DNA from: Candidatus Limnocylindria bacterium | GTDB lineage: Bacteria; Chloroflexota; Limnocylindria; QHBO01 | NCBI GenBank assembly: GCA_038209995.1 | Contig: JBBQXD010000003.1 | Span: 89,079-153,078, forward strand | Length of the DNA: 64,000 nucleotides | Direction of reading: 5' to 3' | Shown: positions 46,301 to 55,403 of the stretch, in pieces | Position numbering within the stretch: position 1 is the first letter of the stretch | How the letters are laid out: each line of letters starts with the position of its first letter | Made by a program: the position numbers and the translations under genes | Notes under the pieces: generated by a model | The model's input: the letters and a program-made list of their open reading frames with translations, nothing else | Told to the model about the DNA's origin: nothing | Databases searched by the model: none

Positions 46301-47062
46301 ATGGCCATCCATCCCCGCCAGACGACCGAGGCCGCGGCGGAGTACCTCATGACGATCCGCTACATGCACGGCGAGGGGCAGCCGGTCATCGCGGCGCGCC
46401 TCGCCGAACGGCTCGGCGTCAGCGCGGCCACCGTGAGCGAGATGGTCACGCGACTGGTGCGGGAGGGCCTGCTCACCGTCGACGAGCCGACGCGTCAGCT
46501 GCGCCTGACCGATGATGGCCGCACCGCGGCCGAGCGCACGTTCCGGCGCCATGCGCTCGCGGAGTGGCTCCTCACCGAGGTCGTGGGGCTGGGCTGGGCG
46601 GAGGCGGACGAAGAGGCGCACCACCTCCAGCACGCCCTCTCGGAGCGGGTGACCGACAAGCTCGACGACCTGCTCGGCCGCCCGCCCACCTGCCCGCACG
46701 GCAACCCGATCCCGCGCGGCGGCGTGACCCCCGAGCGACCTGCCGGGATGCGGATGAGCGACGCTGTGGCAGGAAGCGAGGTCACGGTCCTGCGCGTCAC
46801 CGAGGAGGCGGAGGAGGACGCGCGGCTGCTCACCTTCCTCCAGGAAAACGACCTGCGGCCGGGCATGGTGTTCGCGGTCACCGAGGTTGCCGACCACGTC
46901 GGCACCATGACCCTGCGCCCGGTCAGCGCAAGGGGCACGGACGTCACCATCGGGCTCACCGCCGCGGCCAAGCTGCGCGTGCTGGACGGCCGCGCCGAGG
47001 CGGCTCTCTTCCATCGCGTGCCGGAGCGGGCGCGGCTCGCCGCCGCACTCACGGGTGCCTGA
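46301..47062 (+). CDS. ideR: DtxR/IdeR family metal-dependent transcriptional regulator with C-terminal SH3-like (FeoA-type) domain
   Basis: N-terminal HTH (EYLMTIRYMHGEGQPVIAARLAERLGVSAATVSEMVTRL), metal-site TCPHGNPIP and a C-terminal SH3-like domain. Confidence 0.75.
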   Translation: MAIHPRQTTEAAAEYLMTIRYMHGEGQPVIAARLAERLGVSAATVSEMVTRLVREGLLTVDEPTRQLRLTDDGRTAAERTFRRHALAEWLLTEVVGLGWAEADEEAHHLQHALSERVTDKLDDLLGRPPTCPHGNPIPRGGVTPERPAGMRMSDAVAGSEVTVLRVTEEAEEDARLLTFLQENDLRPGMVFAVTEVADHVGTMTLRPVSARGTDVTIGLTAAAKLRVLDGRAEAALFHRVPERARLAAALTGA

Positions 47063-47120
47063 GGCGATTTGCTACGATGCGCATCGCCCACCGGCCCATG
47101 AGCACAGCGGAGGATTTCCG

Positions 47121-47324
47121 ATGACGCGTGATCGCGGCAAGCGCGGTCTCATCGCGGCGATCGCGACCGTGCTGTGGCTCGGCTTCATGTCGGTCGGGCT
47201 GGCGGTCATCAACATCGTGGCCCCCACGGTGCGCGGCTCGGGGCCCGATGGGGCGGCCGCCTTCGTCGGCCTCGTCGGCGGCGTCATCACCGTCGGCCTG
47301 ATCATGTGGGCCGCCTCCGAATAG
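47121..47324 (+). CDS. small membrane protein (67 aa), hypothetical
   Basis: Two TM helices (LIAAIATVLWLGFMSVGLAVINIV; FVGLVGGVITVGLIMWAA). Confidence 0.35.
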   Translation: MTRDRGKRGLIAAIATVLWLGFMSVGLAVINIVAPTVRGSGPDGAAAFVGLVGGVITVGLIMWAASE

Positions 47325-47354
47325 CCGGCGGAGCTCGGCGGGGGAGCCATCGTC

Positions 47355-47610
47355 ATGACCGATCCATTTTCAGCGTCTCCCGGCCTGCGCCTGTGCCCGC
47401 CGACGATGGCCGACGTGGAGGCGGTCACCGCGCTCGTCAACTTCACCGACGAGCACGACTTCGGCGCTGCCGATCTCGAGGTCACCGGTCGATGCCGGCT
47501 CGACGCGGCTCTACGAATCGGTGGGGATGCATGTCGCCGAGTCGTACGACCAGGTCGAGCGTGAGCTCCGTCCCGGGCGCGACATCGCGGTGAGCGCGCT
47601 CGACGGCTGA
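47355..47610 (+). pseudogene. possible GNAT acetyltransferase remnant (frameshifted, truncated)
   Basis: The first frame reads MTDPF ... VEAVTALVNFTD. The downstream +1 frame reads RLYESVGMHVAESYDQVERELRPG, a typical GNAT C-terminal motif. Too short for an intact GNAT. Confidence 0.25.
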
Positions 47611-47622
47611 CTCGGTGAGCGC

Positions 47623-48504
47623 TCAGTCCTCGAGGTCGGTCATCACCCCTGGCACCGGCGGATGGAGGCGGTCAACGCCCGGGGCAGCGAGGCGGGCATA
47701 GAGGCCGGGCCGCCGGTCGGCGATCGTGTCCCACTCGTGCTCGCCTGGGCGGCGACGGACATGCGTCTGGCGCGCGCGGTCCACGTCCACCTCGCCGACG
47801 AGGAGCTCCTCGTCGGTGTCCGACGCGACCGCGAGCGGCTCGCCGTCGGGGTCGACGAGGACCGAGCGGCCCATGAACGTCGTCCCGCGCTCTGTCCCGA
47901 CCCGATCCGCGGCCAGGACGTAACAGTGGTTCTCGGCGGCCCGCGCCGGCGCGAAGAGGTTCGGGTGGAACGCCACCCCGATCGGCCAGTTCGTCGGCAG
48001 GCAGATGAGATCGGCCCCGTCGAGGGCGCAGATGCGCGCCGCCTCCGGGAAGCGGAGGTCGTAGCAGATGAGGATGCCGATACGCAGCCCCTCGACCTCC
48101 ACCACCATGGGCGGCTCCGGGCCGGGCGTCGTGAAGCGGTCGACGCCGAGGAAGGGGAGGTGCATCTTCCGGTACGTGAGATGCCGGCCATCCGGCGTGG
48201 CGAGGATGGCCGCGTTGAAGACGGCATCGCCCTCCGCCTCGAGCGTGCCGACGATGATGGTCAGCCGATGCGCGGCCGCCAGGCGGCGCACGTGGGCGCC
48301 CGCGATGGCGGTGGCGCGACGGGCGACGGGTCGCGCCTCGTCGAGCGAGGAGAAGGCGTAGCCGGTGACGGCGGCCTCGGGGAGGACCGCCAGGCGCGCT
48401 CCGGCGGCGGCCGCATCGCTCGCCGCGCGTTCGATGCGCTCGAGATTGCCCTCCACCTCGCCGATCTGCGGATCGATCTGGCAGGCCGCCACCCGGATCG
48501 TCAT
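47623..48504 (-). CDS. carbon-nitrogen hydrolase family protein (nitrilase superfamily)
   Basis: IRVAACQIDPQIGEVEGNLERI (E of the triad), a K region and ILICYDLRFPE (catalytic Cys). Start at Met64 of the track ORF. Confidence 0.7.
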   Translation of the reverse strand: MTIRVAACQIDPQIGEVEGNLERIERAASDAAAAGARLAVLPEAAVTGYAFSSLDEARPVARRATAIAGAHVRRLAAAHRLTIIVGTLEAEGDAVFNAAILATPDGRHLTYRKMHLPFLGVDRFTTPGPEPPMVVEVEGLRIGILICYDLRFPEAARICALDGADLICLPTNWPIGVAFHPNLFAPARAAENHCYVLAADRVGTERGTTFMGRSVLVDPDGEPLAVASDTDEELLVGEVDVDRARQTHVRRRPGEHEWDTIADRRPGLYARLAAPGVDRLHPPVPGVMTDLED

Positions 48505-48610
48505 GGCGGCGATGGTACTCGCGTCGCCGGTGGGCGAGGCGAGGCCGCTGCGCCGTGCGCCGGATCGGCCGGCCCGGGGCTTGCCGGGTCGTGCTTGGTA
48601 GACTCGGGCG

Positions 48611-49534
48611 GTGGCAGCGCGCGCGGGTTGGCTGACGCCGGCCGTCTTCCTCACCCTGGGCCTCATCTGGGGCTCGTCGTTCCTGTGGATCAAGATCGCG
48701 CTGCGCGAGATCGGGCCGGCGACTCTCGTCGCGGAGCGGATGACGCTCGGTGCGATCGGGATGGTCGGCTACCTTGCGCTCATCCGACAGCGCCTGCCGC
48801 GAACGGCGCGTGAGCTGGCGCCGCTCGCCGTCGTCGGCCTCATCAACGCCGGCCTGCCGATCTTCCTCATCAGCTGGGGCGAGGTCCACGTGGACTCCGG
48901 CACCGCCGCGGTCCTGAACTCGCTCGTCCCGCTGTTCAGCCTGCTCATCGCCGGAGTCTGGCTGCGCACCGAGCCGGTGACGGCGCTCCGCGTCACCGGC
49001 CTGATCCTCGGCTTCGGTGGCGCCGCGATCCTCGCCAGCCGCGAGCTGTCACTCACCGGGGATCCGCTGGGCCTCGTCGGCGCGGTCGCGGTCGTGCTGG
49101 CGGCAGGCTCCTACGCGCTGGGCGCGAGCTACGCGCGGCATCGGATCACGACCACCCATCGGTATGTCGTCGCCGGCGGGACGCTGGTCTTCGCCGCGAT
49201 CTACCTGTGGGTGCTCGCCCTCATCAGCGAGTGGCCGATCGGCGTGCCGGTGCGCGTGGATGGGATCGTCGCCGTGCTGTGGCTCGGCCTCCTCGGCAGC
49301 TTCGTGGCCTACCTGTGCTACTTCTTCCTCATCGAGCACCTTGGCGCGACTCTGGCGAGCATGGTCACCTATCTCTTCCCGGTCGTGGGCGTGGCCCTGG
49401 GGACGACCTTCCTGAACGAGGCATTCGACATTCGGATGGCGATCGGCACCGTGCTCGTGCTGCTCGGGATCGGGGTGGTCAGCCTTCGCTATGATCCGCG
49501 CGTGAGCCGCGAACCTCGTGGGGCCGGCGAGTGA
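48611..49534 (+). CDS. DMT superfamily transporter (EamA-like, 10 TM)
   Basis: Two EamA repeats ([15 protein letters not shown] ...; [23 protein letters not shown]). Confidence 0.7.
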   Translation: MAARAGWLTPAVFLTLGLIWGSSFLWIKIALREIGPATLVAERMTLGAIGMVGYLALIRQRLPRTARELAPLAVVGLINAGLPIFLISWGEVHVDSGTAAVLNSLVPLFSLLIAGVWLRTEPVTALRVTGLILGFGGAAILASRELSLTGDPLGLVGAVAVVLAAGSYALGASYARHRITTTHRYVVAGGTLVFAAIYLWVLALISEWPIGVPVRVDGIVAVLWLGLLGSFVAYLCYFFLIEHLGATLASMVTYLFPVVGVALGTTFLNEAFDIRMAIGTVLVLLGIGVVSLRYDPRVSREPRGAGE

Positions 49535-51639
49535 GTGACGCCGGCGACCGCGAACCGCGGCCGGATGACGAGCAGCCGGCCGAAACCGATTGGCCGGCGG
49601 CCGATATGACTCCCCGCTCGCCCGACCCCGACCCACCGTCCGCCGATGACGACTGGGCATGGCCACGTCGCGACCTGCCTCGGGAAGAGGAGGCGGAAGA
49701 CTGGCGCCCCGCGGAGCCGTGGCGCGACAACCCCTCCTGGAACGACACCCCCAGCGACGCCCCGTTGAACCGCGATCCCGAGCCATTCTGGGTACGCGAG
49801 CCGGAGCTGCCGGAACCGCATTCGGCACCGTCCTGGGAGCGCGAGCCGGAGCCGCCGAAACCGGTAGCGGCGCCGTTGTGGGAACCCGAGCCGGAACCAG
49901 ACCCTGAGCCAGAGCCCGAACCTGAGCCCGAACCAGAACCTGAGCCCGAACCAGAACCGGAGCATGCGCCTGCGCCTGCGCCCGAGCCGGAACCGGAACC
50001 ACCGCCGGAGCCCGAGCCGGAACCGGAACCCGAACCCGAACCGGAACCAGAACCCGAGCCCAAACTGGAACCAGCGCCCGAACCGGAAGCCGAGCCAGAG
50101 CCGGAGGGCGCGCCGGAGCCGGTTGCGGAACCAGCGCCCGAGGCTCCGGTAGAGCCTGAGTCCGCGGCACCACCGACACTGGCGGTAGCTGGCGAGCCCG
50201 CGCCCGAAACTGCCGCTGAACCCGAGCCCACGCCACATGAGCCGGTGGCCCCGGAAGAGGCACCGCCCAAGCGGCCCACGTGGGAGGCGGACGTCGAATC
50301 GAAGCCGGGCTTCGCTGAACCAGCACCGGAAGCAGCAGCCGCCCATCCGACAGCGGCGCCCGCCCCGTCTCCGGTGGTCGTGCCGCCCGTCCCCGTGGAG
50401 GTAGAGGCCGCCACCCAGGCTCCCTGGTCAGCGCCGGTGGAGGACATGCCGGCAATCGAGGGTGGCCACCCGCGGATGACCTGGGATCGGCGCCGGATGG
50501 GAGAGCGCCGCAGGCCGACGACCTCGGAGCAGGCCGTGCCGTGGCTCATCGGGATCGTCCTGGCGATGGCCGGCATCGTGCTCGTCCTCCTTGCCCTCAT
50601 CTACACCTCCGAGAACGGGCACCTTACGACGGTAAGCGGGTCGCCGTCGGCGGGGTCGTCGATCGTCGTCGTGCCGAGTGAAGGCAGTGGCGCGGCGGCG
50701 GCATCCGCCTCGCCGACCGACGGCGCGAGCACGACGGCCAGTCCATCGGCCCTCGGGCCGACGTACGGCGCCCTGGAGATGATCTACCTCAGCCGCACCA
50801 TCGCCTCGGCGCCGATCTACGTGTTCCGCCGTGACTTCAGCGTCACCCAGGAGGCAGAGACCCTCGCCCGGGCCGACCAGGGCGTCGAGCAATTTGCCTG
50901 GGCGCCCGACGGCCGCATCGGCGCGGGGCTCATCTCCGGCCGCGTCCTGGCGCTCCAGCCCGGACACGCTGCCCGCGCGCTCGGAGACGGCATGGTCGAC
51001 ATCTCGTTCAGCACCGACTCGCGGACCGTGTACGCGGTCCGTGTCACCCGCAATGGCGCGAACGACAAGGCCGACGTCGTCGCGGTCGAGTGGGCAACCG
51101 GAGCCCAGCGCACCGTCGGGTCGGTGACCTATCCACATCCCCAGGTAGTGGCCGACCCGGCCCTGAAGGAGGCGCAGTTCATCGACGATGGCGGGCTGGT
51201 GCGGCTCTACCCGACGGTCGACAACCGCCTCGTGCTCTGGATCCTCGGCGCGCCGTCGACCTACCTGGTAAGCGCCGCTGGCGGCTCGCTGGCGCCGATC
51301 GCCGGCCTGCCGAAGCTGGTCTCGCCGGACGACCAGTGGACGGTGCAGGTCAAGGAGTCCAAGGGCACGACGACGCTGACGCTCGCCGACCGCGCCGGAA
51401 GCGCGCGTGCCGCGACGAGCATCACCGGCCTCGTCAGCCACATTCGTTGGGCGCCGAACGGCTCGGAGGTCGCGTTCACGCTCGGGCATACCGGCCAGAA
51501 CGGTGGCGTTGTCCAGAATCTCTACGTCTGGGACCTCGTCGACGCCAAGGCGCCGATCGAGATCACGAGCAACGGCGCCTCCTTCGGCGCCGAATGGCGT
51601 GGTGCCGCGGTAAGGTGGGTCAGTGAGCCCGCGTCCTGA
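49531..51639 (+). CDS. single-pass membrane protein with an N-terminal acidic (Glu-Pro)n low-complexity region and a C-terminal beta-propeller-like (TolB/PD40-like) domain
   Basis: About 35 EP dipeptide repeats with Trp-containing W-x-x-P-E-P motifs (aa 1-330). Basic stretch plus TM ([24 protein letters not shown]). Then about 340 aa with repeated beta-strand-rich blocks. ATGA overlap with the upstream EamA gene. Confidence 0.6.
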   Translation: MSDAGDREPRPDDEQPAETDWPAADMTPRSPDPDPPSADDDWAWPRRDLPREEEAEDWRPAEPWRDNPSWNDTPSDAPLNRDPEPFWVREPELPEPHSAPSWEREPEPPKPVAAPLWEPEPEPDPEPEPEPEPEPEPEPEPEPEHAPAPAPEPEPEPPPEPEPEPEPEPEPEPEPEPKLEPAPEPEAEPEPEGAPEPVAEPAPEAPVEPESAAPPTLAVAGEPAPETAAEPEPTPHEPVAPEEAPPKRPTWEADVESKPGFAEPAPEAAAAHPTAAPAPSPVVVPPVPVEVEAATQAPWSAPVEDMPAIEGGHPRMTWDRRRMGERRRPTTSEQAVPWLIGIVLAMAGIVLVLLALIYTSENGHLTTVSGSPSAGSSIVVVPSEGSGAAAASASPTDGASTTASPSALGPTYGALEMIYLSRTIASAPIYVFRRDFSVTQEAETLARADQGVEQFAWAPDGRIGAGLISGRVLALQPGHAARALGDGMVDISFSTDSRTVYAVRVTRNGANDKADVVAVEWATGAQRTVGSVTYPHPQVVADPALKEAQFIDDGGLVRLYPTVDNRLVLWILGAPSTYLVSAAGGSLAPIAGLPKLVSPDDQWTVQVKESKGTTTLTLADRAGSARAATSITGLVSHIRWAPNGSEVAFTLGHTGQNGGVVQNLYVWDLVDAKAPIEITSNGASFGAEWRGAAVRWVSEPAS
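49890..50100. repeat. hexanucleotide tandem repeat tract (GARCCN)n inside the CDS, encoding (EP)n
   Basis: gagcccgaaccagaacctgagcccgaacc ... . Near-perfect 6-nt periodicity over about 210 nt. Confidence 0.7.
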
Positions 51640-51961
51640 GATCGTCAATCCCATCGGCGTCGAGCTCGATGAGACCGCGCGCCGCATGCGGATCCGATGG
51701 GATGACGGCCACCTCGGCGAGTGGGGCTGGACCGAGCTCCGACGCGCGTGTCCGTGCGCCCTGTGCGCCGGCGAGGGCAGCATGCCCGGCCTCGTATCGC
51801 TCGAGACGGCATTCACCGCACCCCAGGTGACGCTCGAGCGGGTGAAATGGATCGGGCGCTATGCCCTCGCCCCGATCTGGGCCGATGGCCACGACACCGG
51901 GCTCTTCACGTACCTGCGGCTGCGCGAGCTCTGCGCCTGCCCGGAGCACGGCGCCGCATGA
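51623..51961 (+). CDS. DUF971 domain protein (gamma-butyrobetaine hydroxylase N-domain-like)
   Basis: 112 aa with a conserved CxC ... C pattern ([13 protein letters not shown] ... CACPEHG) and a W/H-rich core typical of DUF971. Overlaps the upstream stop. Confidence 0.55.
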   Translation: MSPRPEIVNPIGVELDETARRMRIRWDDGHLGEWGWTELRRACPCALCAGEGSMPGLVSLETAFTAPQVTLERVKWIGRYALAPIWADGHDTGLFTYLRLRELCACPEHGAA

Positions 51962-52785
51962 CGACGCGGTTCCGCGAGCCGTTCACGCTCGCGCTCGGCG
52001 GGGGCGGGGCGCGCGGCTGGGCGCACATCGGCGTGGCGCGCGCCCTCGAATCGGCCGCGCTGCGCCCGGCATCGATCGTGGGCACCAGCATGGGCGCCGT
52101 CGTCGGGGCCGGCCTCGCCGCCGGGTACCCGACCTCCCGCATCGAGGAGGTCGCGCGCCGCGTGCCGGTCTATCGGCTCATCGGCCGCCGGGGGCGCTAC
52201 GCGCTCTTCGACAGCCGGCCGGTGCTCGAGGTGATGGGCCGCGAGCTCGGCAATCCGCGGATCGAGGAGCTCGGGCTGCCGTTCGCGATCACGACCTTCG
52301 ACCTCGTGACCGGCTCGACGATCGCGATTCGCGAGGGCGATCTCGTCGACGCGCTGGCGCGCAGCATCGCGGTGCCGCTCTTCTTCCCGCCGACGCACGA
52401 CGACGACGGCGTGTGGTGCGACGCCGGACCGTGGGAGGCGGTGCCGATCAGCGTGGCCCGCGATCTGTGGCCCGGGCGGCCGGTGATGGGCGTGCGGGTG
52501 GACGCCCCGAAGCCATCGCTGCTGGGCAGTCCACTCGGCTCGCGCGTGCTGCGCGCCGTGGCGGGGCGCCTCGGCGAGGCGGGCGAGGCGCTCACCGCGC
52601 GGCGGTACGTCGCGCTCCTCGCGGCGCGCTGGGCGGACCCGGTCCACGAGGAGCCGGCCGACCTCCTCATCGAGCCGAAGCTCGGCATGACGAGCGCGTG
52701 GCAGTTCAGCCGCGTCGGACCGATGGTGGAGCGCGGCGAGCGCGACGCCCGGGCCGCGCTGCGGGAGGCATCGGTCCATGGCTGA
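51958..52785 (+). CDS. patatin-like phospholipase
   Basis: Oxyanion hole GGGGARG and nucleophile elbow GTSMG, with a later DGG/DAG catalytic Asp (WCDAG). ATGA overlap with DUF971. Confidence 0.75.
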   Translation: MTTRFREPFTLALGGGGARGWAHIGVARALESAALRPASIVGTSMGAVVGAGLAAGYPTSRIEEVARRVPVYRLIGRRGRYALFDSRPVLEVMGRELGNPRIEELGLPFAITTFDLVTGSTIAIREGDLVDALARSIAVPLFFPPTHDDDGVWCDAGPWEAVPISVARDLWPGRPVMGVRVDAPKPSLLGSPLGSRVLRAVAGRLGEAGEALTARRYVALLAARWADPVHEEPADLLIEPKLGMTSAWQFSRVGPMVERGERDARAALREASVHG

Positions 52786-53734
52786 TGGTGGTGGGCTCCT
52801 CCTCGTCCATGCCCATCCCGACGACGAGGCGATGGGCACCGGCGGCCTGATCGCCACGACCGTCGATGCCGGGCGACGGGTCGATCTCGTCACCTGCACC
52901 GATGGCGCCGAGGGCGAGATCCACGACCCGACCCTCGACCACGACGAGGCCCGCCCCCGGCTGGCGGCGATCCGGCGCGAGGAGCTCGCCTGCTCGCTCG
53001 ACGCCCTCGGCGCGGGGCGCGTGAACCTGCACCTGCTCGGCTACCGCGACTCCGGGATGATGGGCACCGAGGCCAACGAGCACCCCGACTCGTTCTGGAA
53101 GTCCGACCTCGACGAGGCGATCGGGCGCGTGGTGCGCATCGTTCGTGAGGTGCGGCCGGCGGTGATGGTCGGCTACGACAGCAAAGGCGGGTACGGGCAC
53201 CCCGATCACATCAATGCACACCGCGTGGCGGTGGGGGCGTTCGAGGCGGCCGCTGACGGGTCGCGCTACCCGGAGGCCGGGTCCCCCCACGAGGTCGCGA
53301 AGCTCTACGAGACCGCGTTCGCCCGCGAGGCCCGGTTCCGCCTCATGACGGCCATGAAGGAGCGTGGCATCACGCTGCCATGGGACTTCGACGAGGCCAT
53401 CGAGCAGTACGCCGCCGACGAGCTCAACCCGTCCAATGCCGCCCCGGTTCAGCAGGCTGGGGAGCAGCTCGCGGCGGGGGAGGAGGTTACGGGGTTCGGC
53501 ACCTCGGAGGCGGACATCTCGACGACCGTCGACGTCTCGGCGGTCGCCGGTCGGAAACGCGCCTGCATGGCCTGCCACCGCACCCAGGCCCAGGATCTGG
53601 GCTGGCTGCTGGCCCTGCCCGACGATCTCGCTGCCGGCGCGCTCAGCCCCGAGACGTTCGTGCTCCGTCGCTGGCCCGGCCACGAGCCGATCGACCCTGG
53701 CTTGCGCGAGACGCGCGTCTTCGCGGGGCTGTAG
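52778..53734 (+). CDS. PIG-L/LmbE family N-acetylglucosaminyl deacetylase (MshB/Mca-like)
   Basis: Hallmark LLVHAHPDDE, then HPDH (GYGHPDHINAH) zinc ligands. 8-nt overlap with the patatin gene. Confidence 0.75.
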   Translation: MADGGGLLLVHAHPDDEAMGTGGLIATTVDAGRRVDLVTCTDGAEGEIHDPTLDHDEARPRLAAIRREELACSLDALGAGRVNLHLLGYRDSGMMGTEANEHPDSFWKSDLDEAIGRVVRIVREVRPAVMVGYDSKGGYGHPDHINAHRVAVGAFEAAADGSRYPEAGSPHEVAKLYETAFAREARFRLMTAMKERGITLPWDFDEAIEQYAADELNPSNAAPVQQAGEQLAAGEEVTGFGTSEADISTTVDVSAVAGRKRACMACHRTQAQDLGWLLALPDDLAAGALSPETFVLRRWPGHEPIDPGLRETRVFAGL

Positions 53735-53777
53735 CGTGCGTGGGGGAGTTCCTAGCGCCGGTAGGCCGGCGGGCCCT

Positions 53778-53889
53778 GTCAGCCGTATGTCGTGACAGTG
53801 TGCGTCACATGCTGCGCGTGACAGCGTGCGTCAGCCGTATGTCGTGACAGTGTGCGTCACATGCTGCACGTGACAGCGTGCGTCACGAG
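53778..53889. repeat. tandem palindromic repeat element (2 x 52 nt unit plus partial), GTGAC-N7-GTCAC family
   Basis: gtcagccgtatgtcgtgacagtgtgcgtcacatgctgc(g/a)cgtgacagcgtgc occurs twice, then gtcacgag. Shares the core cgtgacagcgtgc(g/c)tcac ... gtgcgtcacgag with the repeat at 20171-20259. Confidence 0.7.
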
Positions 53890-53981
53890 GGAAGCCCGAC
53901 AGCAGGAAGAGGCCGCCTGGACGCTCGCATCCCGAGTCCACCGGCGTATGCTCGGAGACCCATGGAGGAGATGACTGACTG

Positions 53982-54638
53982 ATGTCCGGCCGCTCCATCG
54001 GGCTGTCGCCCGAGCTCCACGATTACCTCATGCGCGTCGGGGTGCGCGAGCCGGCCGTCCTCGAGGGCCTGCGGACCGATACCGCCTCGCATCCCCAGGC
54101 GCAGATGCAGATCGCGCCCGAGGAAGGTGCCCTGCTCGCGCTCCTCGCGCGTCTCACCGGCGCGCGGCGCATCCTGGAGATCGGCACCTTCACCGGTTAC
54201 AGCAGCACGGCGATGGCGCTGGCGCTGCCGCCGGGTGGCGCGGTGGTGTGCTGCGACATCAGCGAAGAGTTCACCGCTCGGGCGCGGCAGGCGTGGCGCG
54301 ACGCCGGGGTCGACGAGCGCGTCGAGCTGCGCATCGGTCCGGCCGTGGAGACCCTCGAGGGGCTGCTCGCCGAAGGCGTGCCGTTCGACATGGCCTTCAT
54401 CGACGCCGACAAGCCGAACTACGGCGCCTACTACGAGGCCTGCGTGGCCCTCGTGCGGCCTGGCGGCCTGATCTGCATCGACAACGTCCTGTGGTCGGGA
54501 CGGGTGGCCGACGCGGCCGACACCGATGCCTCGACCAAGGCGATCCGGGCCATTAACGCGCGGATCGCGTCCGACGAGCGGGTCGATGTCGCGATGGTGC
54601 CGATCGCCGACGGCCTGACCCTGGCCCGCGTCCGCTGA
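53982..54638 (+). CDS. class I SAM-dependent O-methyltransferase (caffeoyl-CoA OMT-like)
   Basis: SAM motif ILEIGTFTGYSS, then DFAFIDADK-type (DMAFIDADKPNY) and DNVLW segments. Confidence 0.75.
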   Translation: MSGRSIGLSPELHDYLMRVGVREPAVLEGLRTDTASHPQAQMQIAPEEGALLALLARLTGARRILEIGTFTGYSSTAMALALPPGGAVVCCDISEEFTARARQAWRDAGVDERVELRIGPAVETLEGLLAEGVPFDMAFIDADKPNYGAYYEACVALVRPGGLICIDNVLWSGRVADAADTDASTKAIRAINARIASDERVDVAMVPIADGLTLARVR

Positions 54639-54765
54639 CCGACCGCGCCGTCTGGCCCCCTCGCGGTGCGGCCGCTCGTGGTGTGGCCCATCCTCGCCGA
54701 CGCTGCGGATCGATGGGGGCACGCCGCTCTACGTCACCGACCTCGATGGCCCGCGACGCCTGAGT

Positions 54766-55377
54766 TCAGTCCTGGGCGTCGCGCTCGCGGAAGCCGTGGC
54801 CACCCATCACCCGCCAACCGATCCCGTCGTGCTGGAGGTGGTAGACCGCCGGCGTCGGCATCGCGAGGTGGAAGTCGAGGTCGACGCCGTCCTCGAGCGT
54901 GGCGAGCAGCAGGCTGATGAGGTTGCCGTGGCTGCCGACGAGTACCGTGCCACCCGCGGCGTGGCGGCTGCGCAGGAGGTCGAGCTGCGCACGGACGCGC
55001 TGCTGTGCCTCGCGGCTCGACTCCGCCCCCGGCAGTCGGTAGTCCGGGTCGCTCCACGAGCGCGAGAGCTGGTCGTGCCAGTCGTCGCGCGGCTCGTGGC
55101 TCTGGCGACGCTCCCGCAGGTCGGGGAGCAGCTGGACCTGCATCATCCGACGCCGCGCGGTGGGCTCGACGGTCGCCACTGCCCGCGCGTACGGGGAGGA
55201 GTAGACCGCGTGGAGCTGGAACGCCTCGAGCTCATGTGCGAGCTCCTCGGCGGCCCGCTGCCCGTCCTCGGTGAGCGGCCGATCATCGTCACGCTCCTCC
55301 CAGCCGGCGCTGCCCGGTGGCACCGGCTCGGCGTGGCGGACGAGGATCACGTTGAGATGCGGGAGGCGCTGCTGCAT
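54766..55377 (-). CDS. histidine phosphatase family protein (phosphoglycerate-mutase-like)
   Basis: RHG motif (ILVRHAEP) near the N-terminus and a later His (GSHGN). Confidence 0.65.
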   Translation of the reverse strand: MQQRLPHLNVILVRHAEPVPPGSAGWEERDDDRPLTEDGQRAAEELAHELEAFQLHAVYSSPYARAVATVEPTARRRMMQVQLLPDLRERRQSHEPRDDWHDQLSRSWSDPDYRLPGAESSREAQQRVRAQLDLLRSRHAAGGTVLVGSHGNLISLLLATLEDGVDLDFHLAMPTPAVYHLQHDGIGWRVMGGHGFRERDAQD

Positions 55378-55403
55378 CGGTCGCTGAGTCTAGCGGGGCG
55401 CGC

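Noticed and set aside
46301-47330. IdeR/DtxR operator (iron box, TTAGGTTAGGCTAACCTAA-like) near ideR or elsewhere in the window
   Set aside because: I looked for 19-bp AT-rich palindromes of this type in the promoters around ideR, the transporters and the secreted proteins and found nothing convincing. No claim is made.
47672-50600. Long minus-strand ORFs (47672..48889, 49049..50455, 49479..50600) rich in RP/RF/GS repeats
   Set aside because: They are reverse-complement readings of the CN hydrolase, EamA and (EP)n-repeat genes. Their repeats are shadows of the plus-strand hexanucleotide tract.
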